Source of the DNA: the human T2T-CHM13v2.0 reference genome, Homo sapiens
Assembly: GCF_009914755.1 (NCBI RefSeq)
Contig: NC_060927.1
Reading direction: 5' to 3' (one strand)
Length of the DNA stretch: 64,000 bases
The notes below the pieces were generated by a model, which was not told the DNA's origin, searched no databases, and worked only from the letters and a program-made list of their open reading frames with translations. Positions 1 to 19,535 of the stretch are shown here, in pieces. Within the stretch, counting starts at the first letter, position 1. Every line of letters begins with the position of its first letter. Made by a program: the position numbers and the translations under genes.

Positions 1-2330
<2,330 letters not shown>

Positions 2331-3310
2331 GATTTTTTTGTCATTTTGATAATAGCCATTCTCACATGTATGAGATGATAACTCATTGTGATTTTGGTTT
2401 GCATTTCATTGATTGTTAGTGATGTTGAACACCTTTTCATATACCTGCTGGCCATTTATATGTCTTCTTTAAACAAATGTCTATTCAGTTTCTTTGCCCA
2501 TATTTAAATTGGATTACTTGTTTGTTATTGAGTTGTAGGCTATTTTGAATACTAACTCCTTATCAGATATTTGTTTGCAAATATTTTATCTGTGCACCAT
2601 TGGTTGGGATGTAAACTGGTGCAACCATTATAGAAAGCAGTATGGGGATTCCTCAAAAAAATAAAAAATATAACTACTAAGTGAAACAGCAATGTCAATA
2701 CTTAGTACATATGCAAAGGAAATGAAATCGCGATCTCAGATCCCACATTTGGTGCAGCATTAGTCAGAATAACTAAAATACACAAATAAACCAAATATTT
2801 ATCAAAGAATGGATAAAGAAAAAAAAGGAAATCCTGACATTTGCAACAACATGAATAAACCTGCTTAGACATCATACTAAATGAAATAAGCCAGACACAG
2901 CAAGACAAATAATGTATTATCTGACTTATATGTGGAATATAAAATAGTCCAACTCGCAGGCGCTGAGAATGGAACCATGGTTGTGGGGCTTGGAGGAAGG
3001 GAGAAATGTCAAAATGTAGAAATGTTGGCCCAGGGATACACAATTTCAGTTATATAAGATGAATAATGCCTGGTGAATTAATGTACAACAATGTGAATAC
3101 GGCTTAAAAATTTGTATTGTACATTTTTAAACTTTGTTAAGAAAATAAATCTTATATTACATATTGTTATCACCAAAAATAAAGAGGGTAGGAGAAATTC
3201 CTTGGAGATACAAAATTTTCTGGCATAAATTTTGGTGATAGTTTCATGGATATATTCTTATTTCCCAACTCATCAAGTTGTATTCATTAAATGTGTATGT
3301 ATTGTTACAA
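2331..3310 (+). mobile_element. L1MA/L1MB-type 3' end with inverted 5' segment (2331-2590 is antisense)
   Basis: 2331-2590 encodes late ORF2 on the minus strand (MKRCSTSL...HL..VRMAIIK). 2591-3310 is sense late ORF2 plus an L1MA/MB-type 3'UTR. Confidence 0.8.
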
Positions 3311-3924
3311 AAGATATTTAAGTTTGTTTTTTAAAGATAAAGGGGAATATGATAAACTGATATTGTTTGATATAGTTTGATATTGATATGACATACAATA
3401 TGATGAAACAAATAGATAAACCTCACCTACAGACTCTAAGTGTTACAACATTTATTAGGTGTGTAAAACAGCATGTTTGCGTTTGCAAAAACTCTTGAGA
3501 AAATATTATAAGAAAACAAAGACAAGCAAGGTTTGGAATTTGAAGCTGGATTCTAACAGACCAGTCAAAAAAGGGGGTGAGATATTGGGTCAACAATTAG
3601 TCAGGAGACTATACCTTACAAGATAAATGACCTACAAGAAAATTCTAATGGGAGTGTGGCCACTAAGTTAATGATTAGTCTGTGTTGGAATAAAGTGAAA
3701 GAAACAAAATACTTCTGGGACTTGAGACCTCAGAATTGCTGTTCATTTTTTGAGAAACAAAAATCTAAACATGATTATGCGAATGCATAAACTTTACAAA
3801 ATTCTGTGGAAAGAATTGGACATCCTAACCAGTCTGAATTTCAAAGCTGAAGTCAATTATCCCTTATAATTCATTTACTATTTTACTCACACATTGAAAC
3901 AGTTTTTAGATCTTGTGTTCTTAC

Positions 3925-4110
3925 CATATAAATAATAATTATAACAATAATAATAAAGAGGGCAGAAGGAAACTTATGGAAGTGATGGACTTGCTTATGA
4001 CATTGATTATGGTGATTTGTTGGGTGTATAATTATCTCCAAACTCATCAAGTTGTATAAATTAAATATGTACAGCTCTTACACACCTCAATAAAGTGGCT
4101 TAAAAATTAA
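3925..4110 (+). mobile_element. L1MA10/L1MB-like 3' terminal fragment
   Basis: 'aaagagggcagaaggaaactt...aaactcatcaagttgtat...ctcaataaagtgg'; paralogous to 3180-3300. Confidence 0.7.
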
Positions 4111-4139
4111 GATTTCAAACAGAAACACACATTCACAAA

Positions 4140-4400
4140 TTATTTGATTCAGTAGTTGTGTATTTATTGTCTAATATATTCAAAACACTGTGCTAGGCAC
4201 AGCAATTGGTAAGATGTCATGATCTCTACTCTCACAAGGCTTACAACCTACTAGGAGAAATAGACTTGAATCATTTGCAAAATGAAATATACAAATAAAT
4301 TTTAAAGTTATAACAAGATGAAGATGGTGCTAATATTGTAAAAATATTCTAAGGACTCAGAAAAGACTTTTCTGATAAGGTGCCCATAAGACTGAAATCT
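4140..4400 (-). mobile_element. L2 3' fragment
   Basis: 'tatttattg...cactgtgctaggcac...ctactctcacaaggcttacaacctactaggaga' resembles the L2 3' end in antisense. Confidence 0.6.
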
Positions 4401-4584
4401 TCCTACTCCTCTCCTTCCCATTCCTCTCCTTTCTCTTATTCCCATTTGTGAAAATTGAACTTGCTAACTCTTTAACTGAGAAAATAATTAATCAGAGGAT
4501 AACTTCTACAAACTATTTTCGTGTGAGCATATCTACCAAGCTCTATACATGTATCTTTGCTTTCCCGTTGCTAGCGATGAACAA

Positions 4585-5983
4585 TGAGAGGGCTTCAAAA
4601 AGCTCATGGAAAACGTGTATTATGAAAAAGCAATGCAAGGGTTCTAAATGTTTTACACCAAGATAAACTCATACTAAGTTGTTATAACATGTCTGAATAG
4701 GGTCTAGGTTGAGGCATTAAGAAGGGTAAGATAGCAGTTTGAACAGACCCCCTATCAGAGCAATATGAATTCTGCTAAAATTGAAGCAAGAACAAACATC
4801 AAATTTATGACGAAGCTTGGGTGGAAAAGTGGTGAAATCAATGATGCCTTATAAAATGTTTCAGGTGAAAATACCTTAAAGAAATAATTAGTTTACAAAT
4901 GAAAGGCTCATTTTAAGAAGGGACAAAGAATATTGAGGTTGAAGCCTGTGGCAGCAGACCATTCACATCAATTTGTGAGAAAAAAAAAATTCATCTTGTT
5001 CATTTCCTAATTGAAAAGGACCAACTATTAGCAGCAGAAAAAATAGCCAACATCATAGACGTCTCAATTCAGTTTACGTAATTCTGACTGAAAAACTATA
5101 GCTGAGCACATTTTCCACTTGATAGGTGCCAAAACTCTTATGCCACATGAGCTGCAGACACAATAAGAACTATCAGGGGAAAATTTTAAAAATTGGATCA
5201 ACATCCTGAAGCATTTCTCTAAAGAAATGTAACAAGAGATGAAACATGGCTTTACCAGTACGTTCCTGAAGACAAAGCACAATCAAAGCAATGGCTACCA
5301 GGAGGTGGAAGTGTTTCAGTCAAAGCAAAAGCAGATCTGCAAAAGGCATAAGTCATGGCAAAAGTTTTTTTAGGATGCTCAAGGAATTTTGATTGTTGAC
5401 TTTCTGGATGGCCATAAGAATGATAATATCTTCTTTATTAGAGTATGTTTTGAGTAAGTTGGCCAAAGCTTTATCAGAAAAATGTCCTGGAAACCTTCAC
5501 TAGAGACTCCTTCTCCATCATGACAACGTTCCTGCTCATTCCTCTCATCAAACAAGCACAATTTTGTGAGAATTTTTATGGGAAATCAACATGCATCTAT
5601 CTATCTTATAGTCATGATTTGGTTTATATTAACTTCTTTTTGTTTCCTAGTCTTAAAAAAAATTAAAGATATCTTTTTTTAATGTTAATAATGTAAAAAA
5701 GAATGCATTGACATGGTTAAGTTCCCAGGACCCTCAGTTCTTTAGGGATGGACTAAATGGCTGCAGAAGCAGTGGTGTTTTAAGAAACAAAACAAGGAAT
5801 TCTAATATATCCTTTCTTACTCATGTTACCTGACATGAATAATATGATTTTGATATGAATAATATTCATATCACTGCTTACAAAAGTGTGCTGACCTTGA
5901 TGGAGGTTATGTTGTGAAATAAAGTTTATTATTTTTATTTTTATCTTGTAATCCCATTTTTATGTAATTTTGTAGTCTTATCA
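4585..5983 (+). mobile_element. HSMAR2 mariner DNA transposon, near full length, dead transposase
   Basis: 5' TIR 'tgagagggcttcaaaaagctcatggaaaa'. ATG at 4765 encodes MNSAKIEARTNIKFM(T)KLGWK (Hsmar2 N-terminus). HHDN motif near 5516, degenerate 3' TIR followed by TA, many stops. Confidence 0.92.
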
Positions 5984-6149
5984 TATTTATTCTCCTTTCA
6001 AAGGCTAAATCTACCACTTTGTGAAGTAGATTATATTTATTTTTGACCAACAAAAACCATCACATAAGCACAATTTTTTCCCACTGAATCTCCAAAATTT
6101 TACTTTCCTCCAGGATTAAACCCATCATAATAATCTCATGCTATTTATT

Positions 6150-6930
6150 TTGCTATTGTTAATTTGTTTTTATTAGAATAGAAGAAACACTACACAAAAC
6201 AACTCATCTCTTTTTAATTACTTCTTGCTCTACAACATATTTTACTAATTCTGTCTTCAGTTCACTGAGGAGTAAGGAAGGACTAAATGGAGAGGAAATG
6301 CGGATGTCCCATCTTTCCCATTCTTCCTATCTCATGATTATCAGCATACATAGTTGGCTAATAGAGGAAAGTGACATGAGTAAGAAGGGATATAATATAA
6401 TTCCTTGTTAGTTTTGTTTCTTGGAATACCACTGCTTCTGCGTTCAAAGCAAGTTTTTATTGGAAAGGAAAGCATAACCTCACAGGGCTTTCAGTGTCCT
6501 CATTTAGTCAATTATTGACATGTCGATATGGAATACGAGCACACATTCCAGTGCACCCATTATTTTTTGGAATTCAGCAAGACTCAAAGAGAGTACAAGG
6601 GTAGTGTGATATGGAAGCCAGTGTCTCTGAGTATCATTGAACTTCCACACATAGTACAACTACGGGAATTATGTGCGTATGGCTAATCTTGACAACTTTC
6701 TGTGAATGAAGTAGAAAGAAATGAAGGTAGGCAGGCATATTGTGCTTATCTCCTCTGATCATGGACATGATCCATTGTTCCAACAAATAATGGAAGATAC
6801 AAGTCAGAAGTTAAAATTTTCATAAATTTAAAGATGGAAAAACAAAGCATGAAATCAAGTATAGGATCCTTATTAATGTGGAGCCATATGCAACTGCATA
6901 TATTAAACACCCATGACATTAATTTAGCTG
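6150..6930 (-). mobile_element. MER45 (B/R-like) hAT-Tip100 DNA transposon
   Basis: 6825-6925 matches the reverse complement of the MER45 5' end ('aatttaaagatgg...agcatgaaatcaag...gcaactgca...acacccatga'). Left boundary is approximate. Confidence 0.65.
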
Positions 6931-8035
6931 ACCACTATATCCAGTTCATCAACAAACTTTGATGGTTCTACCTTTAAAATATATGTCTCCAAATGATATC
7001 CCTCCCCCTTCCCCCACCCCACAATAGGCCCTGGTGTGTGATGTTCCCCTTCCTGTGTCCATGTGTTCTCATTGTTCAATTCCCACCTATGAATGAGAAC
7101 ATACGGTGTTTGGTTTTTTTGTCCTTGTGACAGTTTGCTGAGAATGATGGTTTCCAGCTTCATCCATGTCCCTACAAAGGACATGAACTCATCATTTTTT
7201 ATGGATGCATAGTATTCCATATATACATATGTAACTAAGCTGCACATTGTGCACATGTACCCTAAAACTTAAAGTATAATAAAAATAAAATAAAATATAT
7301 TAAGAGCGTGGTTCCTTCTTATAAACTTTATTGAGACCACCATAGTCCAAGACATCATTATCTCTTGTCTGGATTATCCCTCTATCTAGTTAATTGGACT
7401 CCATAATTACAGTCCTGGCCCCTCACATCTTTTCTTCAATTATATGATCAAAACAACAGTGGAAATGATCTTTTTAAAATTAAAAACAGATCATATCAGC
7501 TTTTCACTCTAAACCTTTGAATGATTTGTCACCTCACTCAGAGTAAGATCTAAACTTTACAATACATTGAATGGCCCTTTATGAACTGCTACCTCCCTCA
7601 CTCCCCACAATTTTGTCTGTGACCTCATCTGTTCTCCTGCCTTTGAATTACATTTATCTCCTTTTGCCTTCTTTCCTGCACCTTGAGCATGCTAAACATG
7701 CTCATGAGCTTTTGCCTCTACTGATCACAGACACTCATTCCTCAAAATAGTTTAATGACTTAACTGTTCACCTTCTTTAAATCTGTGCTCCAAAGTCACC
7801 TTCTCAGTTAAGTCTTTTCTATCTGTTCTATTTAAAATTATAACAACCTCGACTTTCAAACTTTACCTTCTAAATGTGTCTCTAAAATATTTACCACATT
7901 CTAGCATGCAAAAATTTACATATTTTATTGCAAAAATAATATAAACACTCTGTGGACAGCAATTTTATTCTGTTTGGGTAACTGTTATGTCGTTGGCATC
8001 AAGAATATTGGCTTTTATATTAATATTTACTGACT
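6931..8035 (+). mobile_element. L2a relic interrupted by a short L1PA
   Basis: 'catcaacaaactttgatggttctacctttaaaatatat', 'catcattatctcttgtctggattat', 'tgatctttttaaaat...cagatcat', 'cactcagagtaagatctaaa'. Confidence 0.75.
6985..7291 (+). mobile_element. Short 5'-inverted L1PA (about PA3-5) insertion
   Basis: 6985-7220 is antisense ORF2 end/3'UTR. 7221-7291 is the sense terminus 'gtaccctaaaacttaaagtataat' plus A-tail. TSD 'aaaatatat' at 6976-6984 and 7292-7300. Confidence 0.92.
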
Positions 8036-8819
8036 ATTTACCGAGCTCTATTCATGGATAGACTTCTGATTGCTTTGAGGAAACTTAATTATAATCTGTG
8101 TACATGTAATAGAACATGAGTTTACCCACTAGACTTTGTAACATGCCTGCTTGAATAGGGGAACTTAAAACTAAGAGTATGTTAGAAAGCACACAAAATT
8201 TGTGTAAGCCAACAACAACTACTCTAAGCTTTGTGGATAAGAGAATTATTTTTGATTGGACCCATTCATATACCCTCTAAAATAAAGTTTATTGAAAGTC
8301 ACAAACAAAAATCAATTTTTCAGGAAAGAGTTTCTACTCTCAACCTATGTAAAAGACATCATAATAATATATTCCATTCTGGTACATATATTCATATTTA
8401 TTTATCCTTAAACATGTACCATACAGCTTGTTACCATCAAGTTTATGTGAAATTTTAAACCCCTACAAAATAATAAAGAAAGAATCTTAGTGGACATTAT
8501 ACCTAAAATTAATTCCAGGTTATCATATCTGTTCATTAAAATTACATTTTGACATGAAAAACATTCATAAGCAGGTTTCAAAATTTTATGTGCAACATAA
8601 TGCTTTTTGTAAATGTATATAGATTTTCTCTATTCATACATCTTTATTGCATATTAGTCAAACAATGGACAAACATGATTTATAAATGACATATCTTTTA
8701 ATTTCCCCACATGACACAAGAAAGTATATAAATATAATGAGACAGGAGACCTGAATGTTTACAGGCAACATTTGCAAAACTACTGGTTGGGAAGGATTCT
8801 CTATTACACTACAAAATAT

Positions 8820-10436
8820 TTTTAATTTTAATGTTTACTTTTTTTAACTCATATTTTATGTTCACAGGAACATATGCAGGTTTGTTATAGGTAAATTGTG
8901 TGTCATGGGGGTTTGGATGTCCAGATTATTTCATCACAAACTAATAAGCCCAGTACCCAATGCTCCTTCCTCCCACCTTCCACTCTCAAGTGGACCCCAA
9001 TATCTGTTGTTCCCTGCTTTGCATCCATGTGTTCTGAATGTTTAGCTCTGCTTGTAAGGGAGAACGTACTATTTTTGGTTTTCTGTTCATGTATTAGTTC
9101 ACTTAGGATAATGACCTCCAGCTTCATTCACGTTGCTGCAAAGAACATGATCTCATTCTTTCTAAGGCTGCATAGTATTCCATGGCACATATCTACTACA
9201 TTTTCTTTATCCAGTCTACAACTGATGGGGATTTAGATTGAGTCCATGTCTTTGTTGTTGTGGATATTTCTGCGATGAACATACATGTACATGTGTCTTT
9301 ATGGCAGAATGTTTTATATTCCTTTGAGTATATACCCAGTAATGGGATTTCTGGATCAAATGGTAATTCTGTTTTAAGTTCTTTGAAAAATCACCACCCT
9401 CCTTTCACAATGATTAATTTATACTCCCACCAACAATGTACAAACTTTCTCCTTTCTCCACAACCTTGCCAGTATCTGTTTTTTTTTTTCTTTTGACTTT
9501 TTAATAATAGCCATTCTGCCTGGTGTGAAATAGTATCTCACTGTGGTTTTGATTTGCATTTCTCTAATGACCTGTGATATAAAACATTTTCTCATATGCT
9601 TGTTGGCTGCATGTATGTCTTTTGAAAAGTTTTCTGTTCATGTCCTTTGCCTACTTTTTAATGGGGTCGTCTTCTGCTTCTGAATCCATTCCTTATAGAT
9701 TCTGGATATTATAATTTTGTCAAATGCTTAGTTTGCAAATATTTCCTCCCATTCTGTAAGTCCTCTGTTAAATCTGTTGATAGTTTCTTTTACTGTACAG
9801 AAACTCTTTAGTTTGATAAGATCCCATATGTCAATATTTGCTTTTGTGGCAATTGCTTTTGGCAACTTCTTCATGAAATCTTTGCCAGAGGCTGTGGCCA
9901 GAATGGTATTTCCTAATTTATATTCCAGAATTTTTATAGTTTTGGGTTTTACATTTAAGTCTTTAGTCCATCTTGAGTCATTTTTTGTATATGGTGTAAG
10001 GAAGACACCCAGTTTCAATCTCCTGCATGTGGCTCGCCAGTTTTCCCAGCACCATTTATTAAATAGGACGTCTTTTCCTCATTGCTTGTTTTTGTTGACT
10101 TTGACAAAGATTAAATGGTCGCAGGTGTGTAGTATTATTATCTGGGTTCTCTATACTGTCTCATTCCTCTATGTCTCTGTTTATGTACCAGTACTATGTT
10201 GTTTTGGTTACTGTAAACTTGTAGTATAGTTTTAATTTGGGAATGCTTCAGCTCTGTTCTTTTTGCTAAGTATGGCATTGGATATTCAGGATATTTTTTT
10301 GTTTCCATATGAATTTAGACCGTTTTCATATGAGTTTTAGAAAGTTGTATTTTCTAATTCTGTGACAAAATGTGGCATTGGTAGTTTAATAGGGATAACA
10401 TTGAATCTATAAATTGCTTTTGACAGTATAGCCATT
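8820..10436 (-). mobile_element. L1PA13-16-like, 5'-truncated
   Basis: T-rich tail then 'cagattatttcatcac...aagcccagtacccaa' 3'UTR. Minus-strand ORF2 fragments ([24 protein letters not shown]). Confidence 0.9.
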
Positions 10437-12292
10437 CTTTTTCTTAACTTTTATTTTAGGTTCGGAGATATATGTTTAGGTTTATTGAATATGTAAACTC
10501 GTGTCATGGGATTTGTTGTACAGATTATTTCATCACCCAGGAATTAAGCCCAGTACCCAACAGTTAACTTTTCTGCTCCTCTCCCTCCTCCCACCTCCAC
10601 CCTCAACAAGACCCCAATGTCTCTTGTTTCCTTCTTTGTGTTCATAAGTTCTCATCATTCACCTCCCACTTATAAGTGAGAACATACCATATTTGGTTTT
10701 CTATTCCAGCATTAGTTTGCTGAGGATAATAGCCTCCAGCTCCATCCATGTTCTCACAAAACACATGATCTCATTCATTTTGTATGACTGCATAGTGTCC
10801 CATCGTGTATATGGATCATATTTGCTTTATGCAATCTGTCATTGATGGGCATTTAGGTTGATTCCATGTCTTTTCTACTATGAATAGTGTTTCAGTGAAC
10901 ATTCGCCTGTAAGTGTCTTTATGGTAGAAAGATTTATGTTTCTCTGGGTATATACCCAGTAATGGATTGCTGCGTTGAATTGTAGTTCCGCTTATAGCTC
11001 TTTGAGGAATTGCTATACTGCTTTCCAGAATAGTTAAACTAATTTACACTCCCACCATCAGGGTATAAGTGTTCCCTTTTGTCAGTAACCTCACCATCAT
11101 CTGTTTTTTTTTTTTTTTTTGACTTTTTAGTAATAGCCATTCTGACTGGTGTGAGATGGTATCTCATTGTAGTTTTGACTTGTATTTCTCCAATGATCAG
11201 TGATATTGAGTCTTTTGTTCATATGCTTCTTGGCCACATGTATGTCTTCTTTTGAAAAGTGTTCATGTCCTTTGCCCACTTTTTAATGGGTTCTTTTTCT
11301 CTTGTACATTTGTTTAAGTTCCTTATAGATGCTGGATATTAGATCTTTCTCAGATGAATAGTTTGCAAATTTTTTCTTGCATTTTGTAGGCTGTCTGTTC
11401 ACTCTGCTGAGAGCTTCTCTTGCTGTGCAGAAGCTCTTAAGTTTAGTTAGATCTCATTTATCAATTTTTACTTTCATTGTGATTGCTTCAACTGTCTTTG
11501 TCATTAAACTTTTGCCCATTCCCATGTTTCAGATGGTATTGACTAGGTTGTCTTCCAGAGATTTTATAGTTTTGCATTTTACATTTAGGTCTTTAATCCT
11601 TCTTGAGTTGGTTTCTGTATATGGTATAAGAAAAGATCCAGCTTTGGTCTTCTGCATATGGCTAGCCAGTTATCCCAACACCATTTATTGAATAGGAAGT
11701 CTTTTACCCATTGCTTCTTTCTGTAGGCATTGTAGAAGATCAGGTGGTTGTAGGTTTGTGATCTTATTTCTGGGCTCTCTATTTTGTTCCATCGTTCTAT
11801 GTGCCTGTTTTTGTACTAGTACCATGCTGTTTTGGTTACTGTAGCCCTGCAGTGTAGTTTGAAGTTGGGTAATGTAATGCCTCCAGCTTTGTTCTTTGTG
11901 CTTACAATTGCAAATTCAGGCTTTTTTTATGTTCCATATGAATTTTTATTTTTTTATTTTATTTTTTTTTAGTTCTGTGAAGTATGTCATTGGTAGTTTG
12001 ATAGGAATAGCATTGAAGCTATAAAATTGCTTTGAGCAGTATGGCCATTTTAATGATATTGACTCTTGTTATCCATGAGCATGAGATTTTTTTTCCACTT
12101 GTTTGTGTCTTCTCTGATTTCTTTAAATAGTGTTTTGTAATTTTCATTGTAGAGATCTTTCACTTCCTTGGTTAGCTGTATTCCTAGGCATTTTATTCTT
12201 TTTGTGACAATTGTAAATGAGATTGCCTTTCTGGTTTGGCTCTGAGCTTGACTGTTGTTGATGTGTAGGAATGCTAGTGATATTTGTACATA
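10437..12292 (-). mobile_element. Second L1PA13-16-like copy, tandem with the previous one
   Basis: New T-tail at 10437, the same 3'UTR type, and collinear ORF2 3' region to about 12290. Confidence 0.9.
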
Positions 12293-13010
12293 CGTCTACT
12301 GTGACCAGCCTGTGAATAGTAACAATAAAAATAGCCCACCTAGTGCCCAGACTATAAATCCCACAAGTATAAAAATGTCAAAAGACACTGAAACTAGCTT
12401 GAGGTAGTTCCCAGTGACACTTTTAATTATCAAATTAAAATTGGAAATTTTGATAATTAAAATACAAAATAATAGACATGGATTGCAATTCATTAAATGA
12501 AATAGAAATTCATGAATCCATAGCTATGTAATAAAATAAAACAATATATAAATGAAAAAGCTCTAAACCAGAATGGCAATAAATACATAAACAAGAAAGA
12601 GTGAAATTTTTAAATCACCATTTGTTAACTATCAAAGTAATAATGAATGCAAGAAGCTCCAATAGATAACAAAATACATGGTAAGTGTTTGATAAGGAAC
12701 AAGATATTTACAATGTATCTCACCATTAAACACTTATTAAATGGGAAATGTAGTGATTTTTAATAAAGAAATCTGGCAGATATCACTTTATATAAAGTGA
12801 TACAATGTAGCTTTACCAGTGATGGGATAAATTGAATAAGACACATAAAAAATACAGGACTACTTGTATGATATTTTTACCAAAAATTCATAAATTGAGT
12901 TCATGTGTGAAAAAATATATAAGGTCATTTAAATTGATAGACATTTTATAAAATAACAGACCTGTAATCTTCAAACATGTCAAGATTACAAAAGTCACAG
13001 AATAACTTAA

Positions 13011-13640
<630 letters not shown>

Positions 13641-13938
13641 AATAAGGTAAAACCCGAGAAAGCCTAGACAGAGATAACTGGCAACAACTGAATATGTCTG
13701 AGGAGTAGATGGTAATAATGTATCTACATTAATTTCCTGATTTTGATAGTTACTATGATTGTGTTGTAGAAAGTCCTTTTGTATAGGAACTATAAAATAA
13801 ATCATATGGTGATGACAAGCACCACATTAATTAATTATCTCCAAATGTCAGGAAAAAAATGTTAACGGTATTTTACTTGTTATTTTCCCATGTTTGAAAT
13901 TATTTCATAATTAAAAATATATATTGAAAATGAAAATA

Positions 13939-14375
<437 letters not shown>

Positions 14376-15009
14376 TCAAAAGCTACACATAAATCAACTT
14401 TCATGAAAGAGAAAAATTATGTTAAAATTATATACTATAAGCTTTAAAATACAGTGAAAAAGCACATTGTATACCTAAGAATATTGAAGAAAACTTACAA
14501 AAACCAAGAAATGTTCTAGTAAATATATTAAATTGTAAAAAAGAGTAATTATTTGGGTATTTGGAAAAACAGAGACTTTCAAGAGGAAAAAATTGTGACT
14601 ACCATCACAAATTTTCTTTTTACTTTTAGAGTAATCATTTTCCTTTTTTTTATATTTTAACAAAAATGTTTGGCATGTAAGAATAAAATGGTAAAAGCAT
14701 TCAAGATAGTCAAGAAAATATGAGGCAAGAAATAGAGATATATTTTTAAGTATAAAAGTCACTGACAGACTGCTATCAGCATAAATATAGAATAATTCAA
14801 ATATTACTGCTCTTATCAAAACTTCCTGAAGAATATACTTAAGAACAAATTTCAAAAAGTCAAAATGACCAGAGAAACATTGACATAAGAACAAGTAGTG
14901 GGCATTAAACATATGTTTACCAGTAAATTTAGAAAAAAGGAAGGTTAAAAGTATATAGTGGTATATAGTGTGTAATAAGCGTATGTTCAGACAATGAAGT
15001 ATGAAAAAC

Positions 15010-17792
<2,783 letters not shown>

Positions 17793-17817
17793 TAACTATT
17801 TTTTAAATTGTGTAGAG

Positions 17818-17864
17818 AATAGATATTATAACCAATAGATATTATAACCAAAAATATTATAACT
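17818..17864. repeat. 16-bp tandem repeat, about 3 copies
   Basis: aatagatattataacc x2 followed by aaaaatattataact. Confidence 0.85.
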
Positions 17865-17929
17865 ATTTTAAGCATATTGCTCATCATAGCATTAGTATTG
17901 TTCAACTGAGATGTTGTGTGCTTAATGTG

Positions 17930-18545
<616 letters not shown>

Positions 18546-19535
18546 AAACACTAGGATTATGCCTTGTAATAATTTGTTATGTTATACATATGCGTTACGT
18601 GGGTGTTTTGTTTTTTGTTACTCAGTCATTTATCACAGCATAAAGGTAAAAATAAATTATAACAGATTATGGAAAAATTGGGTCATAGGGAGAAATAAAA
18701 GGTAAAAGTAAATTGGTTTATTAATTAGGTGCTAATTAAGAGCTATAAATAATGATACATAAGGTTTTTTATAATATCAAAATGTTAGCATAATGATTGT
18801 ATGACTTTTTTAACAGCAACTTGAGTTAACTTAGATATGAACATAAACAGCAATTAAAATTAGTGCAAGAATCAAATTCAAAGCAATGATTGGAAGTTAT
18901 TATATTGAAAGTAAGAAAGTAACATGATGACACAAAAATTCGCTGACATAAAATCTAAATAGATAAAATAGTTAATGATTTTTTAAAAAGTAAAAGTAAA
19001 TTATAATTAATTTGTTAATCAAAATGAGTAATGCTAGTCATCAGTAAATGCCAGAAAAATACTATAATATTTATTATATGGGAAATAAATGAATTGGAAA
19101 AAATAGTGCAATTTAGTAAGCACAGTAATAAACTATAATTCATTAAAGAAAAATAAAGCCTGCAAAATAGTCAATAATTAAGAATCATAGTTAAAAATGG
19201 TAGTTAATTATAGGAAAATTGATCAAAAAGCAAATTGACAGTGTAAGTAAAACCATTGATAGAAATGCAGAATTTTAAACTTTTCTGGAGCCACCGTCAA
19301 CCAAATCTCTGTACTATGCAATGGTGGCAATTAAACAAAGGTGTTTCTGACCTTTGTTTGGCCTCCTAATATACTTGCTGTTGAATAACTAATTAGTTTT
19401 GATTACGCTTAGGAAACAGAGATGAGAGGGAAAATATTACCTTATGTATTTTTTTCAATGAATGTGGGTATGTTTGAAAGGAGAGGCTCTTTCTTATCTG
19501 GTACTTTTAATTAAACACCTATAAACAAAGTAATC

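Noticed and set aside
17818-17864. Short direct repeats as CRISPR-like array
   Set aside because: No spacers and eukaryotic context; it is a simple tandem duplication. No CRISPR, tRNA or rRNA was seen anywhere in the window.
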